A DNA stretch of 64,000 nucleotides from an uncultured Gemmatimonadales bacterium (GCA_963716255.1 OY970303.1:7776001-7840000); one strand, 5' to 3'; shown: positions 29,225 through 39,419, counted from the stretch's first letter. Notes: a model not told the origin generated them from the sequence alone. Translations and numbers: made by a program.

Positions 29225-29959
29225 ATGGCGGCTGGAGCGGTGAAGGAAGGGGTGCGGCGCCTGGTGCGGCAGCTGGGGGTGGACGTGGTCACGTACCCGC
29301 GGTGGAACACCACACCCTGGGCGCTCAGGAAGCTCCTCCCGCAGCTCGGGGTGGACTGCGTGCTGGACGTGGGCGCGCACTACGGCGAGTTCGGCGCCAC
29401 GCTGCGGGGGATCGGGTACCGGGGGGAGATCGTTTCTTTCGAGCCCATCCCGGAAAGCTTCGCGCGGCTCCGCGAGCGATGCTCGGCCGACCCGAAGTGG
29501 CGCGCGCTTCCCCTGGCGATCGGCTCCGAGGACGGGGAGCTCCCCATCCACGTGACCGCCGGAACGGAGTTCGCATCCTTCCTCGCGCCGGACGCTGGCG
29601 CCTGGCGCGAGTACCGGGACGCGATGCGCGTGGAGCGGACGGAGGTGGTACCGGTCCGCCGGCTGGACGCGGTCCTCGACGAAGCCCTGGCCGGGCTGGA
29701 CGGCCGCCGCATCTTCCTGAAGTCGGACACGCAGGGATACGACCTGCGCGTGGTCGAGGGCGCGGGCGAGCGGATGCGCGACGTGCTGGGTTTGCAGGCG
29801 GAGCTGCCGGTGAAGCCGCTCTACCACGGGATGCCGGGGTTCACGGAGGCGCTGGCGTACCTGGAGGGGCTGGGCCTGGAGCTGTTCGGCCTGTACCCGG
29901 TGAACCACGACGGCGACGGCCGCGTGATCGAGTTCGACTGCATGATGCGGAGAGGATGA
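29225..29959 (+). CDS. FkbM family methyltransferase
   Basis: VLDVGAHYGEF, SFEP, RLD, FLKSDTQGYD..V..GA. Confidence 0.9.
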   Translation: MAAGAVKEGVRRLVRQLGVDVVTYPRWNTTPWALRKLLPQLGVDCVLDVGAHYGEFGATLRGIGYRGEIVSFEPIPESFARLRERCSADPKWRALPLAIGSEDGELPIHVTAGTEFASFLAPDAGAWREYRDAMRVERTEVVPVRRLDAVLDEALAGLDGRRIFLKSDTQGYDLRVVEGAGERMRDVLGLQAELPVKPLYHGMPGFTEALAYLEGLGLELFGLYPVNHDGDGRVIEFDCMMRRG

Positions 29960-30987
29960 GCGAAACGGCAGGCGGAGCGGGGTCCGCGGAGCACGCGGGG
30001 ACGACGCTGGACATCGCGGTGGTGGGGGCGGGGCCCTGCGGGATCGCCGTGGGGATCGCGGCGCGGGAGCGCGGGCTGAGCTGCGCGCTCTTCGACCGGG
30101 GCGGGGTGACGCAGGGGATGATGGACCACCCCACCTACACCACCTACTTCAGCGGGCCGGAGAAGCTGGAGCTGGCGGACGTCCCCTTCACCACGGCGGG
30201 GGACAAGCCCACCCGGCGCGAGGCGCTGCGCTACTACCGCAAGGTGGTGGCGTACTTCGGGGTGGACGTGCGGCAGTACGAGGACGTGCTCGCCGTGGAG
30301 GGAAAGCTCGGCGATTTCCTGCTTCGCACGCGGCGCGGCGACGGCACGGAGCACGAGCACCGGGCCCGGAACGTGGCGGTGGCCACCGGCTACTACGACA
30401 CGCCGCGGCGCCTGGGCGTCCCCGGGGAGGAGCTCCCCAAGGTGGTGCACTACTTCAGGGACCCGTACCCGTACTTCGACCAGGACGTGGTGGTGGTGGG
30501 CGGGGGGAACTCGGCGGCGGACGCGGCGCTGACCGTGTGGCGCGAGGGGGCGCGGGTGACGGTGGTGCACCTGTTCGACGAGCTGGACCGCGGGGTGAAG
30601 CCCTGGGTGCGACCGGACATCGACAACCGCATCGCGGAGGGCTCCATCCCCGCGCTCTGGCGGCACCGGGTGGTGGAGGTGCGCTGGCGCGAGGTGGTGG
30701 TGGAGAGCCTGGACACGGGCGAGCGGCGCACGCTCCCCAACGACTGGGTGCTGGCGATGACGGGGTACGTCCCCGACCCGGTGCTCCTGCGCTCGCTGGG
30801 CGTCCCCATCGACCCGGCGACGGGGATCCCCGCGCACGACCCCGGCACCATGCAGACCCCGGTGCCGGGGGTGTACCTGGCCGGGGTGGTGGCCGCCGGG
30901 AACGACGCCAACAAGATCTTCATCGAGAACGGCAAGCTGCACGGCCCGCTGATCGCCGCTTCGGTGGCGGCGGGGCGGGGCGGGTGA
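29956..30987 (+). CDS. ypdA: YpdA-family FAD-dependent (putative bacillithiol) disulfide reductase
   Basis: VVGAGPCG, KPTRREALRYY, ATGYYD, GGGNSA, VKPWVRPDIDNRI, FIENGKLHG. Confidence 0.85.
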   Translation: MSETAGGAGSAEHAGTTLDIAVVGAGPCGIAVGIAARERGLSCALFDRGGVTQGMMDHPTYTTYFSGPEKLELADVPFTTAGDKPTRREALRYYRKVVAYFGVDVRQYEDVLAVEGKLGDFLLRTRRGDGTEHEHRARNVAVATGYYDTPRRLGVPGEELPKVVHYFRDPYPYFDQDVVVVGGGNSAADAALTVWREGARVTVVHLFDELDRGVKPWVRPDIDNRIAEGSIPALWRHRVVEVRWREVVVESLDTGERRTLPNDWVLAMTGYVPDPVLLRSLGVPIDPATGIPAHDPGTMQTPVPGVYLAGVVAAGNDANKIFIENGKLHGPLIAASVAAGRGG

Positions 30988-31103
30988 GGGAGCCCGCACC
31001 GGCGCGGATCCTGCACGACGGCGACGGGTACGATGCGCGTCCACCGGCGCGGATCGGCTTCCCGGCCGCCGGGAAAACTCCGAATTCCTCCCCGACCCCG
31101 ACG

Positions 31104-31727
31104 ATGAAGAGACTCCTCACCGCATTCGGCATCCTGGCGCTGGCTGCCTGCTATTCGTCCGCCCCGCCGCCGCAGCCGGCGGCTCCGCAGCTGCCCTGGG
31201 TGCCCACGCCGCCGGTGTACGCGCTGATCGGGGAGCGCCAGGAGCTGAACCTGACCTCGGTGCAGGTGACGGCGCTGGATTCCATCGGGGTGGCCCTGGC
31301 GGCGAGCAACAACCCGGCGCTGACGCAGATCCAGGCGCTGCAGCCCTCGGGCGGCTTCCGCCGGACCAGCGCCGCGGACGTGGAAAAGGCGCGCCCGCTG
31401 ATCGACTCCATCCGCGAGAACAACCGCCGCGCGCAGGAGGCGGTGCGGGTGCTGCTCACGGAGCAGCAGCGCACCGGCGTGTGCAGGATGTACGCGCCGG
31501 ACCGGGCGGAGCAGCGCCGCCGCGAGAACGCGCAGCGCCAGGCCCGGGAGATGCCGCGCGGCCGCTTCGAGTCGGACACGGTGATGGCCGCCAGCCTGTT
31601 CAGCGGCCCCTGGAGCTTCTGCAACCGCCCGCGGGGCACCGCCGCGGACAGCGCCGCGCGCGCCGCCCGCGCCGACAGCGCTTCGCGGGCTGCCCGCCCG
31701 GACACCGTGCGCCGCACGACGCCGTAG
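31104..31727 (+). CDS. Hypothetical helical lipoprotein (Spy/LTXXQ-like)
   Basis: Lipobox LAAC; LNLTSVQ and LLTEQQ motifs. Confidence 0.7.
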   Translation: MKRLLTAFGILALAACYSSAPPPQPAAPQLPWVPTPPVYALIGERQELNLTSVQVTALDSIGVALAASNNPALTQIQALQPSGGFRRTSAADVEKARPLIDSIRENNRRAQEAVRVLLTEQQRTGVCRMYAPDRAEQRRRENAQRQAREMPRGRFESDTVMAASLFSGPWSFCNRPRGTAADSAARAARADSASRAARPDTVRRTTP

Positions 31728-31885
31728 CGGCCGGCAGGGTACCGGCGGGGAGCGCCCGGCGCGGATCATTCCGCGCCGGGCGCTTGGCTTTTTCCGTTGC
31801 CGCAGGGGGTGCGCGTCGGGGCGGGTCGAGCTGAACTGCGGCGCGCTCCGGGTATGGGGTCGGCCGGGGAGAGGGGGCCTGCCGT

Positions 31886-32019
31886 CGCGTGAGGGATTTC
31901 GGCCCGAAGGGGCGAGACCCGGCGGGGCTGTTTCCGCCGGGGCTCGACTCCGTTACGCACGGTTGTTTCGTGCGTTACGGAGCCGAAGCCCGACCCTGGC
32001 GCCAGCCGGGGGCACGCCC
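31886..32019 (-). repeat. Structured repeat family A, copy A3
   Basis: Inner stem ACGCACG/CGTGCGT. Confidence 0.95.
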
Positions 32020-32047
32020 CACGCGAAGCGGCCGCGGTTGAAAGCCG

Positions 32048-32533
32048 TTACACCGCCACCGCCGCCGCGTGCTCCGCGAACATCTCGTGGGCGAGCTGGT
32101 TGAACTCCCGCTGCATCTCGTCGTGCTCCTGGGCACACTGGCGGCCGATCTCCGCCAGGCGCGGCTCCCCCATGCGCGTCCCCGCCGCCGCGAAGGTGGC
32201 GAAGGTGTCCTGCGACTGGCGGATGGTGACGATGTCGCCCACCAGGCGCAGGAAGTCGCTTTCCCGCATGGCGTCCACGGCGTCGCGGGCCTTGCCCAGC
32301 AGGCTCCCCAGCGCGCCCTTGAGCCCCTCGCCGCCCGGCTCGCCGAGCGTCGCCCTGTACTCCTCCAGCGTGCGCTGGTGCGCTTCCAGGCGCGGCTGCC
32401 AGCGCTCGCACAGCGTCCTGTAGCGCGGGTCCTCGGCCTGGCCGGCGTGGTCCCGAAGGTTCTCCAGCAGCGTACGGTGCTGCATCACGGCGTTGCTGAC
32501 CTGCGCGCGCAGGAAGTCACGGCCTCGTTCCAT
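32048..32533 (-). CDS. Hypothetical ferritin-like four-helix protein
   Basis: Helical, with E..H-type motifs (LEAHQ, AQEHDEM); [13 protein letters not shown]. Confidence 0.65.
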   Translation of the reverse strand: MERGRDFLRAQVSNAVMQHRTLLENLRDHAGQAEDPRYRTLCERWQPRLEAHQRTLEEYRATLGEPGGEGLKGALGSLLGKARDAVDAMRESDFLRLVGDIVTIRQSQDTFATFAAAGTRMGEPRLAEIGRQCAQEHDEMQREFNQLAHEMFAEHAAAVAV

Positions 32534-32644
32534 CTGTCCCTCCCCTTCACGATCGTTTCGCCGCGCTCCGGGCAAATCCCGGGAGCGGGGCGGGAAGGGA
32601 ATGCACAAGCCGTGCCCAATGTTTGTTCAATATTTGTCCTGCCG

Positions 32645-33796
32645 CTACACGGAGGGCTCCGGCGCCGACTCGTCCTCGGAGCGCTCGTCGCGAATGCCGG
32701 GAAGCGACTCGGGGGGAATCCAGCCGCGCGAGGCGGCGTGCTCGGCGGCGGCCACGGTGTCGTCGGTGAGGAGCAGCGTGCTCCCGGCGCGCTCCACCTC
32801 CTCCGCGAGCCTGCGCACGGCGGCGACGCGGTCGGGGGCGGGGTGGACGTTGCGGATGTACACGGCGAGGACGCGCGAGGGGTAGTCGTTCACCACGCGG
32901 TGGTAGATCTCCGGGTCCTCCTGCCCGCTGTCGCCCAGCAGGAGGAAGGGGAGGTCGGGGTAGAGGTCCATGATCTTGCGGATGGCCTCCAGCTTGTGCC
33001 CGGCGTGGCCGGTGGGAAGCACCTCGCGCTCGTTGATCCCCCAGTCGCGCAGCATCAGCGGGCCCAGCGGGATCTTGCGGAGGGTGAGGAACTCGGTGAG
33101 CAGGCCGTACAGGTTCCAGGGCGAGGAGGAGACGTAGAAGAGCGGGTTGAAATCCGCGCGCCCCACGCCGTGCTGGAGTGCCGCGTAGAAGGCGGCGACG
33201 CCGGGAAAGGGGACGCGGGTGCGCGCGTTGCCCAGGAACACCGTCCGCGCCATGCGCAGCGGCGTGGTGGCGCCGGTGCGGACCACGGTGTCGTCGATGT
33301 CGCTGATGACGCCGAAGCGGCGTCCCGCCGGCGGCACCAGCACCAGGGCCGTGGCGCGCACCGGCTGCCCGTCGCGCCCGGTTCGGCCGGGGAGCTCCAG
33401 CTCCACCTCGTGCCAGAGCGACCCGCCGGCGAGGGGCGCGGCCAGCTCCAGCCACATCTCGAAGTAGCCTTCCTCGTTGGTGACCGTGCTCCACTCCTGG
33501 GCGCCGAAGCGGGCGGCCACGCGCGCGCCGGGGACCTCGTCGCTCTCGAAGCGCTGGATCATGTTGGCCAGGTTGAGGAGCGCGTTGTCGCTGTCGGCGG
33601 CCTCGGGGACCACGCTGCCTCGCAGCACGCGGCCCTTGAGGTACAGGCGCCCGGCGGTGCCGTAGCCGCGGTAGGCCTCGATCCTGACGTCGTTGCGGTC
33701 CTCCGGGAACGCGCCGGCGACCCGCTCCACGGCGCGGTCCACGTGCTTCTCCAGGCGGTGGGCGACCTCGCCCAGGGTGCGCTTCCAGCGGTCCAT
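32645..33796 (-). CDS. App1-family phosphatidate phosphatase (DUF2183)
   Basis: YRGYG, GVISDIDDT, YVSSSPWNLY, GDSGQEDPEIY, IYIR-type motif. Confidence 0.88.
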   Translation of the reverse strand: MDRWKRTLGEVAHRLEKHVDRAVERVAGAFPEDRNDVRIEAYRGYGTAGRLYLKGRVLRGSVVPEAADSDNALLNLANMIQRFESDEVPGARVAARFGAQEWSTVTNEEGYFEMWLELAAPLAGGSLWHEVELELPGRTGRDGQPVRATALVLVPPAGRRFGVISDIDDTVVRTGATTPLRMARTVFLGNARTRVPFPGVAAFYAALQHGVGRADFNPLFYVSSSPWNLYGLLTEFLTLRKIPLGPLMLRDWGINEREVLPTGHAGHKLEAIRKIMDLYPDLPFLLLGDSGQEDPEIYHRVVNDYPSRVLAVYIRNVHPAPDRVAAVRRLAEEVERAGSTLLLTDDTVAAAEHAASRGWIPPESLPGIRDERSEDESAPEPSV

Positions 33797-33956
33797 GCGT
33801 GCTCCTCGCGGTTCGGGTCCGGCGGGGAAGATAGGCGCTCCCGCGCGCCTCCGCGACGGCGGCGCGGCGGGGGGTGTGCGCGCGGGGGGCGGCTCCTATA
33901 TTGGGTGCTCCGTCCGGTCCCCCCGTGTCCTTTTCTCTCCCCTACGACGCACGCCC

Positions 33957-35333
33957 ATGAACGGTGTCGACCCCGCCACTCCGGCGCGCCGGGGCTTTCT
34001 CGCGCGCCTGGGACTGCGCACCCGCGAGCAGCGCGCCTGGGCCATGTACGACTGGGCGGCCTCGGCCTTCCAGACCACCATCATGGTGGCGGTCTTCCCC
34101 ATCTACTTCATCAAGGTCGCCGGGGCGGGGCAGCCCATCGTGGCGGGGCAGTGGTGGGGGTACGCCAACAGCGCGGCCATCGCCACGGTGGCGCTCCTGT
34201 CCCCGGTGCTGGGCGCCGTCGCGGACTTTTCCGCCGCCAAGAAGCGCTTCCTGGGGCTGTTCACCGGGCTGGGGATCGCCGCGGTGGCGGGGATGTACTT
34301 CATCCACCGCGGCGACCTGGGGCTGGCCGTGCTCCTGTACCTGGCCGCGTCCATCGCGGCCTCGGCCAGCTTCGTGTTCTACGAGTCGCTGCTCCCGCAC
34401 ATCGCCGCCGAGGAGGAGGTGGACCGCGTCTCCACGGCGGGGTACGCGCTGGGCTACGTGGGCGGCGGGATCCTGCTGGCGGTGAACCTGGCCTGGATCC
34501 AGAAGCCGGACCTGTTCGGCATCCCCGCCGGCACCCTCCCGGCGCGGCTCTCCTTCCTGTCGGTGGCGCTCTGGTGGCTGCTCTTCTCGCTCCCCGTCCT
34601 GCGCCGCGTGCCGGAGCCGCCGCGCGCCATCGAGGCGGACGAGGCGCCCGCCGGGAGCGCCGTGCGCACCGCCTTCGCGCGCCTGGGCGAGACCTTCCGC
34701 GAGCTGCGCGGCTTCCGCAACGCGTTCCTGTTCCTGCTCGCGTTCCTGCTCTACAACGACGGCATCGCCACCATCCAGAAGATGGCCGCGCCGTACGCCA
34801 CGGAGCTGGGGATCGACGAGGGGGTGGTGATCGGCTCCATCCTGGTGGTGCAGTTCGTGGGGATCCCGTTCGCCTTCCTCTTCGGCGCGCTGGCGGGACG
34901 TCTGGGGACCAAGCGCTCCATCCTGCTGGGGCTGCTCGTGTACGTGGGGATCAGCATCTTCGGCTTCTTCGTCAGCAACGGGCGCGAGTTCCTGGTCCTG
35001 GCGCTGATGGTGGGGATGGTGCAGGGCGGCACGCAGGCGCTCAGCCGGTCGCTGTTCTCCACGCTGATCCCGCCGCACAAGTCGGGGGAGTTCTTCGGGT
35101 TCTTCAGCGTGTTCAGCAAGTTCGCGGGGATCTTCGGGCCGCTGCTCTTCGCCGCCATCATCGGGCGGTTCGGGTCCAGCCGCTACGGGATCCTGTCCGT
35201 GATCGCGTTCTTCCTGGTGGGCGGGGTGCTGCTGATGTTCGTGGACGTGGAGGCGGGGCAGCGGGCCGCGCGCGACGCGGAGGATGCGGTTCGCCGCGTG
35301 GACGGCTCGAAATCGCCTTCGGCGGCGGTCTGA
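33957..35333 (+). CDS. MFS transporter (UMF1/ATG22-like)
   Basis: WAMYDWA, SPVLGAVAD, FYESLLP, GYALGYVGG, YNDGI, QALSRSLF. Confidence 0.9.
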   Translation: MNGVDPATPARRGFLARLGLRTREQRAWAMYDWAASAFQTTIMVAVFPIYFIKVAGAGQPIVAGQWWGYANSAAIATVALLSPVLGAVADFSAAKKRFLGLFTGLGIAAVAGMYFIHRGDLGLAVLLYLAASIAASASFVFYESLLPHIAAEEEVDRVSTAGYALGYVGGGILLAVNLAWIQKPDLFGIPAGTLPARLSFLSVALWWLLFSLPVLRRVPEPPRAIEADEAPAGSAVRTAFARLGETFRELRGFRNAFLFLLAFLLYNDGIATIQKMAAPYATELGIDEGVVIGSILVVQFVGIPFAFLFGALAGRLGTKRSILLGLLVYVGISIFGFFVSNGREFLVLALMVGMVQGGTQALSRSLFSTLIPPHKSGEFFGFFSVFSKFAGIFGPLLFAAIIGRFGSSRYGILSVIAFFLVGGVLLMFVDVEAGQRAARDAEDAVRRVDGSKSPSAAV

Positions 35334-35341
35334 TGCCTGGA

Positions 35342-35397
35342 AGAAGACGAGGATCCCCCGGAGCGGCGGCTGCCGCTCCGGGGGATCCTCGTCTTCT
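35342..35397. terminator. 26-bp perfect inverted repeat, probable bidirectional terminator
   Basis: 35342-35367 pairs perfectly with 35372-35397; lies between convergent genes. Confidence 0.7.
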
Positions 35398-35432
35398 AAG
35401 TCACTTCGAGGCGCGCAGCCTTTTCCGGCCGC

Positions 35433-36713
35433 CTAGAAGGCCATGTAGTCGGTGATGAAGGTGAGGGCTCCCGTGTTCGCGCCGAACTTGCCGGCCCCGC
35501 GGCCGTCGATCCCGGTGGTCAGGGACTGGTCGCCGAAGGAGTAGGTCCATGCACCCAGGTCCTCGTTCGAGTCGGGGATCTTGATGCCGTACGTCTTCCC
35601 CTGGAACGTGACCGTGAAGTTGATCATGTTCTCGCCGTCCTGCTCGTAGAACTTGAGGTGGACGTAGTTGCCGTACTCGGCGTTCCACTGGATCAGGTGC
35701 GCCGTCCCGGCGTCGTGCCAGTCGGTGTCGTCGTTCTTGCCCTCACCGAACCTGGCGCGGGCGGTGAAGTACGGCTTGGTCGGGTCGCCGGGGGCGCTGG
35801 CATGGCTGGTCACCTCGACGTACAGCTCGGGGCTGCCCTGGTACCAGGACTCCAGCCCGTAGTGCTGCTTGTAGTCCTTGATCACCTCACGCAGGCCGTA
35901 TCCCTGGCTCGTCCGGTAGCGAGGGTCGGTCGCAGGAACGGCGGTGCCGCCGCCGCCGCTGTCGCTCCCCCCGATGGTGCCGCCACTGCCGCCGCACGTG
36001 ACGGTCATTCCACCCGCGTCCTGCGCCGATACGACTCCCAGGTCGTTTTCCGAGAAGCTGCAGTCGGAGTCGGACAGCGCTGCGGAGTAGGTTCCGATGG
36101 ACTGGCCGTTCCTGTCGCGTACGTTGTCTACGCGGGTCATGAGCAGCGGCCGCGTGAAATCGGTCTCCCGCTGCACGAGGACCAGGGTGGGGAGCGCGGG
36201 CGCCGTCCTGGAGCTTACCGCCACGGGGGCGCCGTCCAGCGTGTAGGCCGTGGGCTCCTGTCCGGATTCGCCCAGGTAACCCATCACCTGCAGGTCCGGG
36301 CCGCCCGCCCAGCTCTCGCGATGAGCGGCGACGGGGAAGTACATCTCCAGCGGCCGCACCCGGCCGACGAGCGCCAGCAGCTCGTCTCGGCTGCGGCCCG
36401 TCTCCTTTGCCATCTTCGCCAGCAGGATCCCCCCGCTCTGGCCGTGCAGGTAGGCGCGCATGTCCAGCTTGTGCTCGTCAAACCGCGAGCTGCGCATGTC
36501 GTTCTTGATGCGCTGGCGGAGACCCTGGTCCCGGAGCGCCATCGAGACCGCGCGGGCGATCTCGTTCACGGTCGCCTGCTCTGCAGTGGCGGTGGCACCG
36601 GCGGTGCCGTGCAGGGCGGCTGCGGAGGGCCCCACGGCGGGATTGCTGTCGCTGCAGCCGGCCACGAGTGCAGTGGCACAGAGGACGACTCCGAGGTGAC
36701 GCTTGATGGACAT
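35433..36713 (-). CDS. Lipoprotein, possibly DUF3103-like
   Basis: Lipobox LVAGC. N-domain AYTLDG..P..PTLVL, Gly-rich linker, C-domain ESWYQGSPELYV..W..Y...FYEQD. Confidence 0.7.
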   Translation of the reverse strand: MSIKRHLGVVLCATALVAGCSDSNPAVGPSAAALHGTAGATATAEQATVNEIARAVSMALRDQGLRQRIKNDMRSSRFDEHKLDMRAYLHGQSGGILLAKMAKETGRSRDELLALVGRVRPLEMYFPVAAHRESWAGGPDLQVMGYLGESGQEPTAYTLDGAPVAVSSRTAPALPTLVLVQRETDFTRPLLMTRVDNVRDRNGQSIGTYSAALSDSDCSFSENDLGVVSAQDAGGMTVTCGGSGGTIGGSDSGGGGTAVPATDPRYRTSQGYGLREVIKDYKQHYGLESWYQGSPELYVEVTSHASAPGDPTKPYFTARARFGEGKNDDTDWHDAGTAHLIQWNAEYGNYVHLKFYEQDGENMINFTVTFQGKTYGIKIPDSNEDLGAWTYSFGDQSLTTGIDGRGAGKFGANTGALTFITDYMAF

Positions 36714-36874
36714 CGATTACCTTCGTGTGTCTGAAGAGACAAAGGAGAGGAAGCTGTCTTGCCTGCTGCCGCGCGGTAGCCCCGGTCCAGAGAAAGGAGC
36801 CCAGCAGGAAAGGCAGATATAAATTGCGACACTTCCTTTGTTCGTTCAACCGTAAGCTTCTGACAGATCGTGGC

Positions 36875-37690
36875 TTAAAGTGACATTCTGTTGCACTCTG
36901 CATCCTGCGGCGTCTCCGCGTGCAGCAACCGGTCCATGACGGCGGCCTCGAAGCGCACCCGGAGCCGGGGGAAGGAATGCGCGTCGACGTCCCGCAGACC
37001 GAGTCCGAGGATGCGGCGCGCCGTACGGGAGAGAGTGCGCTCCGACACGGAGAGCCCCTGCGCCAGCGTCCCCCACGTCTGTCCCTTCCTTTTACGCGGC
37101 ACGGCGCGGAGGAGCAGCACCCAGTCCAGGAACTGGTCCAGCGTCAGCTCTCCCTCGTTCCACATCTGCGCCCACCCCCGGTAAAGCGTGGAGCGGTCGC
37201 ACTGCTCGCGCCCGGCGAGCTTCGTGACGCTGATGATGGGATCGGGGCACCGGCAGGCGTCGTAGAGCGCCCCGCGCAGGCGGGACGGGATTCCGGGAGC
37301 ACAGCGTAGGCGTGCTCCGACTCCCTGGAGGTACGATACGCTGTGGACACGCTCCAGGGTTGGAACGAGGACGGTCTTCACCTCGTCGTAGAACACGATG
37401 CCACTGGTCTTCAGGTGCACGAGCGTCCGCATGTTCCCGGGCGTCCGCTCGGTCACCACGACCAGGGGGGTCCCGTCGTGAGAGCGGTCCCGCGCCAGCG
37501 AGTTGGCGGCGCTCCCGAGGCGGAACACATCCGTCTGGACCACGGCGCACGAGCCCGGCGTCCAGGCTGCCTTGAACTCCGAGTGCCGCTCGCACCGGAG
37601 CACGTCGAAGCCACCGCCGCGGAGAACTCGGTACGGGTCACGATTCCGCAGCGAGTCAGAGAACAGAACGACCGCCTCACCTGCATTCAT
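36875..37690 (-). CDS. Putative regulator: degenerate receiver-like domain plus AraC-like HTH
   Basis: TPLVVVT; HTH1 SVTKLAGREQCDRSTLYR; HTH2 TWGTLAQGLSVSERTLSR. Alternative GTG start at 37708. Confidence 0.7.
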   Translation of the reverse strand: MNAGEAVVLFSDSLRNRDPYRVLRGGGFDVLRCERHSEFKAAWTPGSCAVVQTDVFRLGSAANSLARDRSHDGTPLVVVTERTPGNMRTLVHLKTSGIVFYDEVKTVLVPTLERVHSVSYLQGVGARLRCAPGIPSRLRGALYDACRCPDPIISVTKLAGREQCDRSTLYRGWAQMWNEGELTLDQFLDWVLLLRAVPRKRKGQTWGTLAQGLSVSERTLSRTARRILGLGLRDVDAHSFPRLRVRFEAAVMDRLLHAETPQDAECNRMSL

Positions 37691-37924
37691 CCAGTAACCC
37701 CACGACACTTTGTAACCGAAAGTCGCAAACGGAGCGTGCTACACCCCGAAGCATAACGATGGGGCTACGTCCTGTAAACCCATTGCGGACAAATACTTCG
37801 GCTGGAATTTGGCTGGTGGGGGCAGTCCGTGCCAGGCGTCGGGCTCGCCCGGGGGGGACGACGGAATCGCTGCCGGGACGAGATCGCCCCGCCGACGGAG
37901 TCCCGACGCGGCGGTGCAGATCCT

Positions 37925-39241
37925 CTACACCGCCGCCTCGCCCCGCTGCGCCTCCAGCCGCTCCGCGATGGCGTGCTGCCTCTGCCTCAGCTCGGGGAGC
38001 AGGTCGGCGCGGCGGCGGCGGAGCAAAAAGAACCGGCGCGCGTCGTCGGTCGCTTCATCCCAGCGGTTGCGCACGGCCACGGTGAGCAGCCCCAGCACCG
38101 GGAGGACGACCAGCGCGGCCAGCCCCCATCCCCAACCGAGCCCGACACCCACCGCCACCGACAGGAGCACCACCCACGCGAGGTGCGCCACCGCGCCCAC
38201 CAGCAGCTTGTAGGTGGCGCGCACATCGTGCTCGGGCTTCGCCCGCGCCTCCAGCCCGCCGGTGATGCGGTAGGGAAGGTAGAAGACGGCGGCGCCCACG
38301 GCGGCCAGCGGCACGCCCAGCAGGAAGAAGGCGAGGCGCCGCAACGTCCAGCCCACCGCGGTGTGCAGGCGCGGCTCCTGGCGGAGGTCCGCGGGGCGCA
38401 GGCCCAGGGTGCGCAGCACGCGCGCGTGGCGGGCCACCTGGCGCGCCAGCTCCCGCCAGGCACCCAGGTCGTCGCGGCGGACGCGGGCCAGGATCGCGGC
38501 GGCCTCGCCCACTCGCTCCACGCGCTCCGCCGGGTCGTCGGCCATCCCGAACTCGGCGGCGTACACCTGCTCGGCGCACTCCACCAGCGGCGCGTCCTCC
38601 CAGCGCTCCAGGTTCACCGTCACCTCGCGCAGCGCCTCGTCGACGCGGCGCGTCAGCTCGCGCACCGCCGCGGCGTCGTCCGGTCCGGTGCCGGCCAGGT
38701 CGCCCCACGCCACCGGCTCGCCCACCACCGCCAGCGCCGCCGAGCGGAAGCGCTCCTTGCGGCGGAACACCAGCCCCACCGGCACCACCGGGAAGGCGCC
38801 CCCCGTCCGCGCCGCCGCGCCCAGCGCGATGCGGGCGGCGCCGGTCTTCAGCGGCACCAGCGAGGGCTCGCTGTGGCTCGTCCCCTCCGGGAAGATCCCC
38901 ACCGCGTCGCCCCCGGCCAGCGCCTCGGGCGCCGCGCGGAAGGTGTCCTCGTTGGCGGCCATCTTCGACGGGTCGTCCTGCGCGCGGAACACGGGGATGG
39001 CCCCGGCGCCGCGCACCAGCCACCCCACGGACGCGTCGGTGAAGAGCGGCGCCTTGGCCAGGAAGCGCACCGGCCGCCCGGCCGCCGCCACCACCGTGGC
39101 CGGGTCCAGCAGCGAGTTGGGGTGGTTCGCCACCAGCAGGACGGGGCCGCGGGGCGGCACCCGTCCGCCCGCCACCTCGAAGCGGTAGAAGGTGCGCAGC
39201 GCCAGCGACGACACGCGCGAGAAGAAGGGGAGGAGCCACAT
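37925..39241 (-). CDS. Glycerol-phosphate/lysophospholipid acyltransferase with C-terminal TM segments
   Basis: VANHPNSLLD, FLAKAPLF, GIFPEGTSH, LKTGAAR. Confidence 0.9.
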   Translation of the reverse strand: MWLLPFFSRVSSLALRTFYRFEVAGGRVPPRGPVLLVANHPNSLLDPATVVAAAGRPVRFLAKAPLFTDASVGWLVRGAGAIPVFRAQDDPSKMAANEDTFRAAPEALAGGDAVGIFPEGTSHSEPSLVPLKTGAARIALGAAARTGGAFPVVPVGLVFRRKERFRSAALAVVGEPVAWGDLAGTGPDDAAAVRELTRRVDEALREVTVNLERWEDAPLVECAEQVYAAEFGMADDPAERVERVGEAAAILARVRRDDLGAWRELARQVARHARVLRTLGLRPADLRQEPRLHTAVGWTLRRLAFFLLGVPLAAVGAAVFYLPYRITGGLEARAKPEHDVRATYKLLVGAVAHLAWVVLLSVAVGVGLGWGWGLAALVVLPVLGLLTVAVRNRWDEATDDARRFFLLRRRRADLLPELRQRQHAIAERLEAQRGEAAV

Positions 39242-39419
39242 ACCGGTGGGCGGGCGTCAAGCGCGGGAGAGCAGCGAACGGGAGACCGGAGGCCGGGCGG
39301 CGCCGGCTTGTCCGGCGGGGGCGAGGCGGACATCTTCGAGACGTCCTCGACGCCCAAGTGTACTTCGGCCCCCGCTCCCGAACAAGCAAGGCGCGGCGGC
39401 CGCGCCACCGGACCGCCCC

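Noticed and set aside
39241..39260. TTGACG as the acyltransferase promoter
   Set aside because: No TANNTT box at 17-18 bp spacing; that position would fall inside the CDS.
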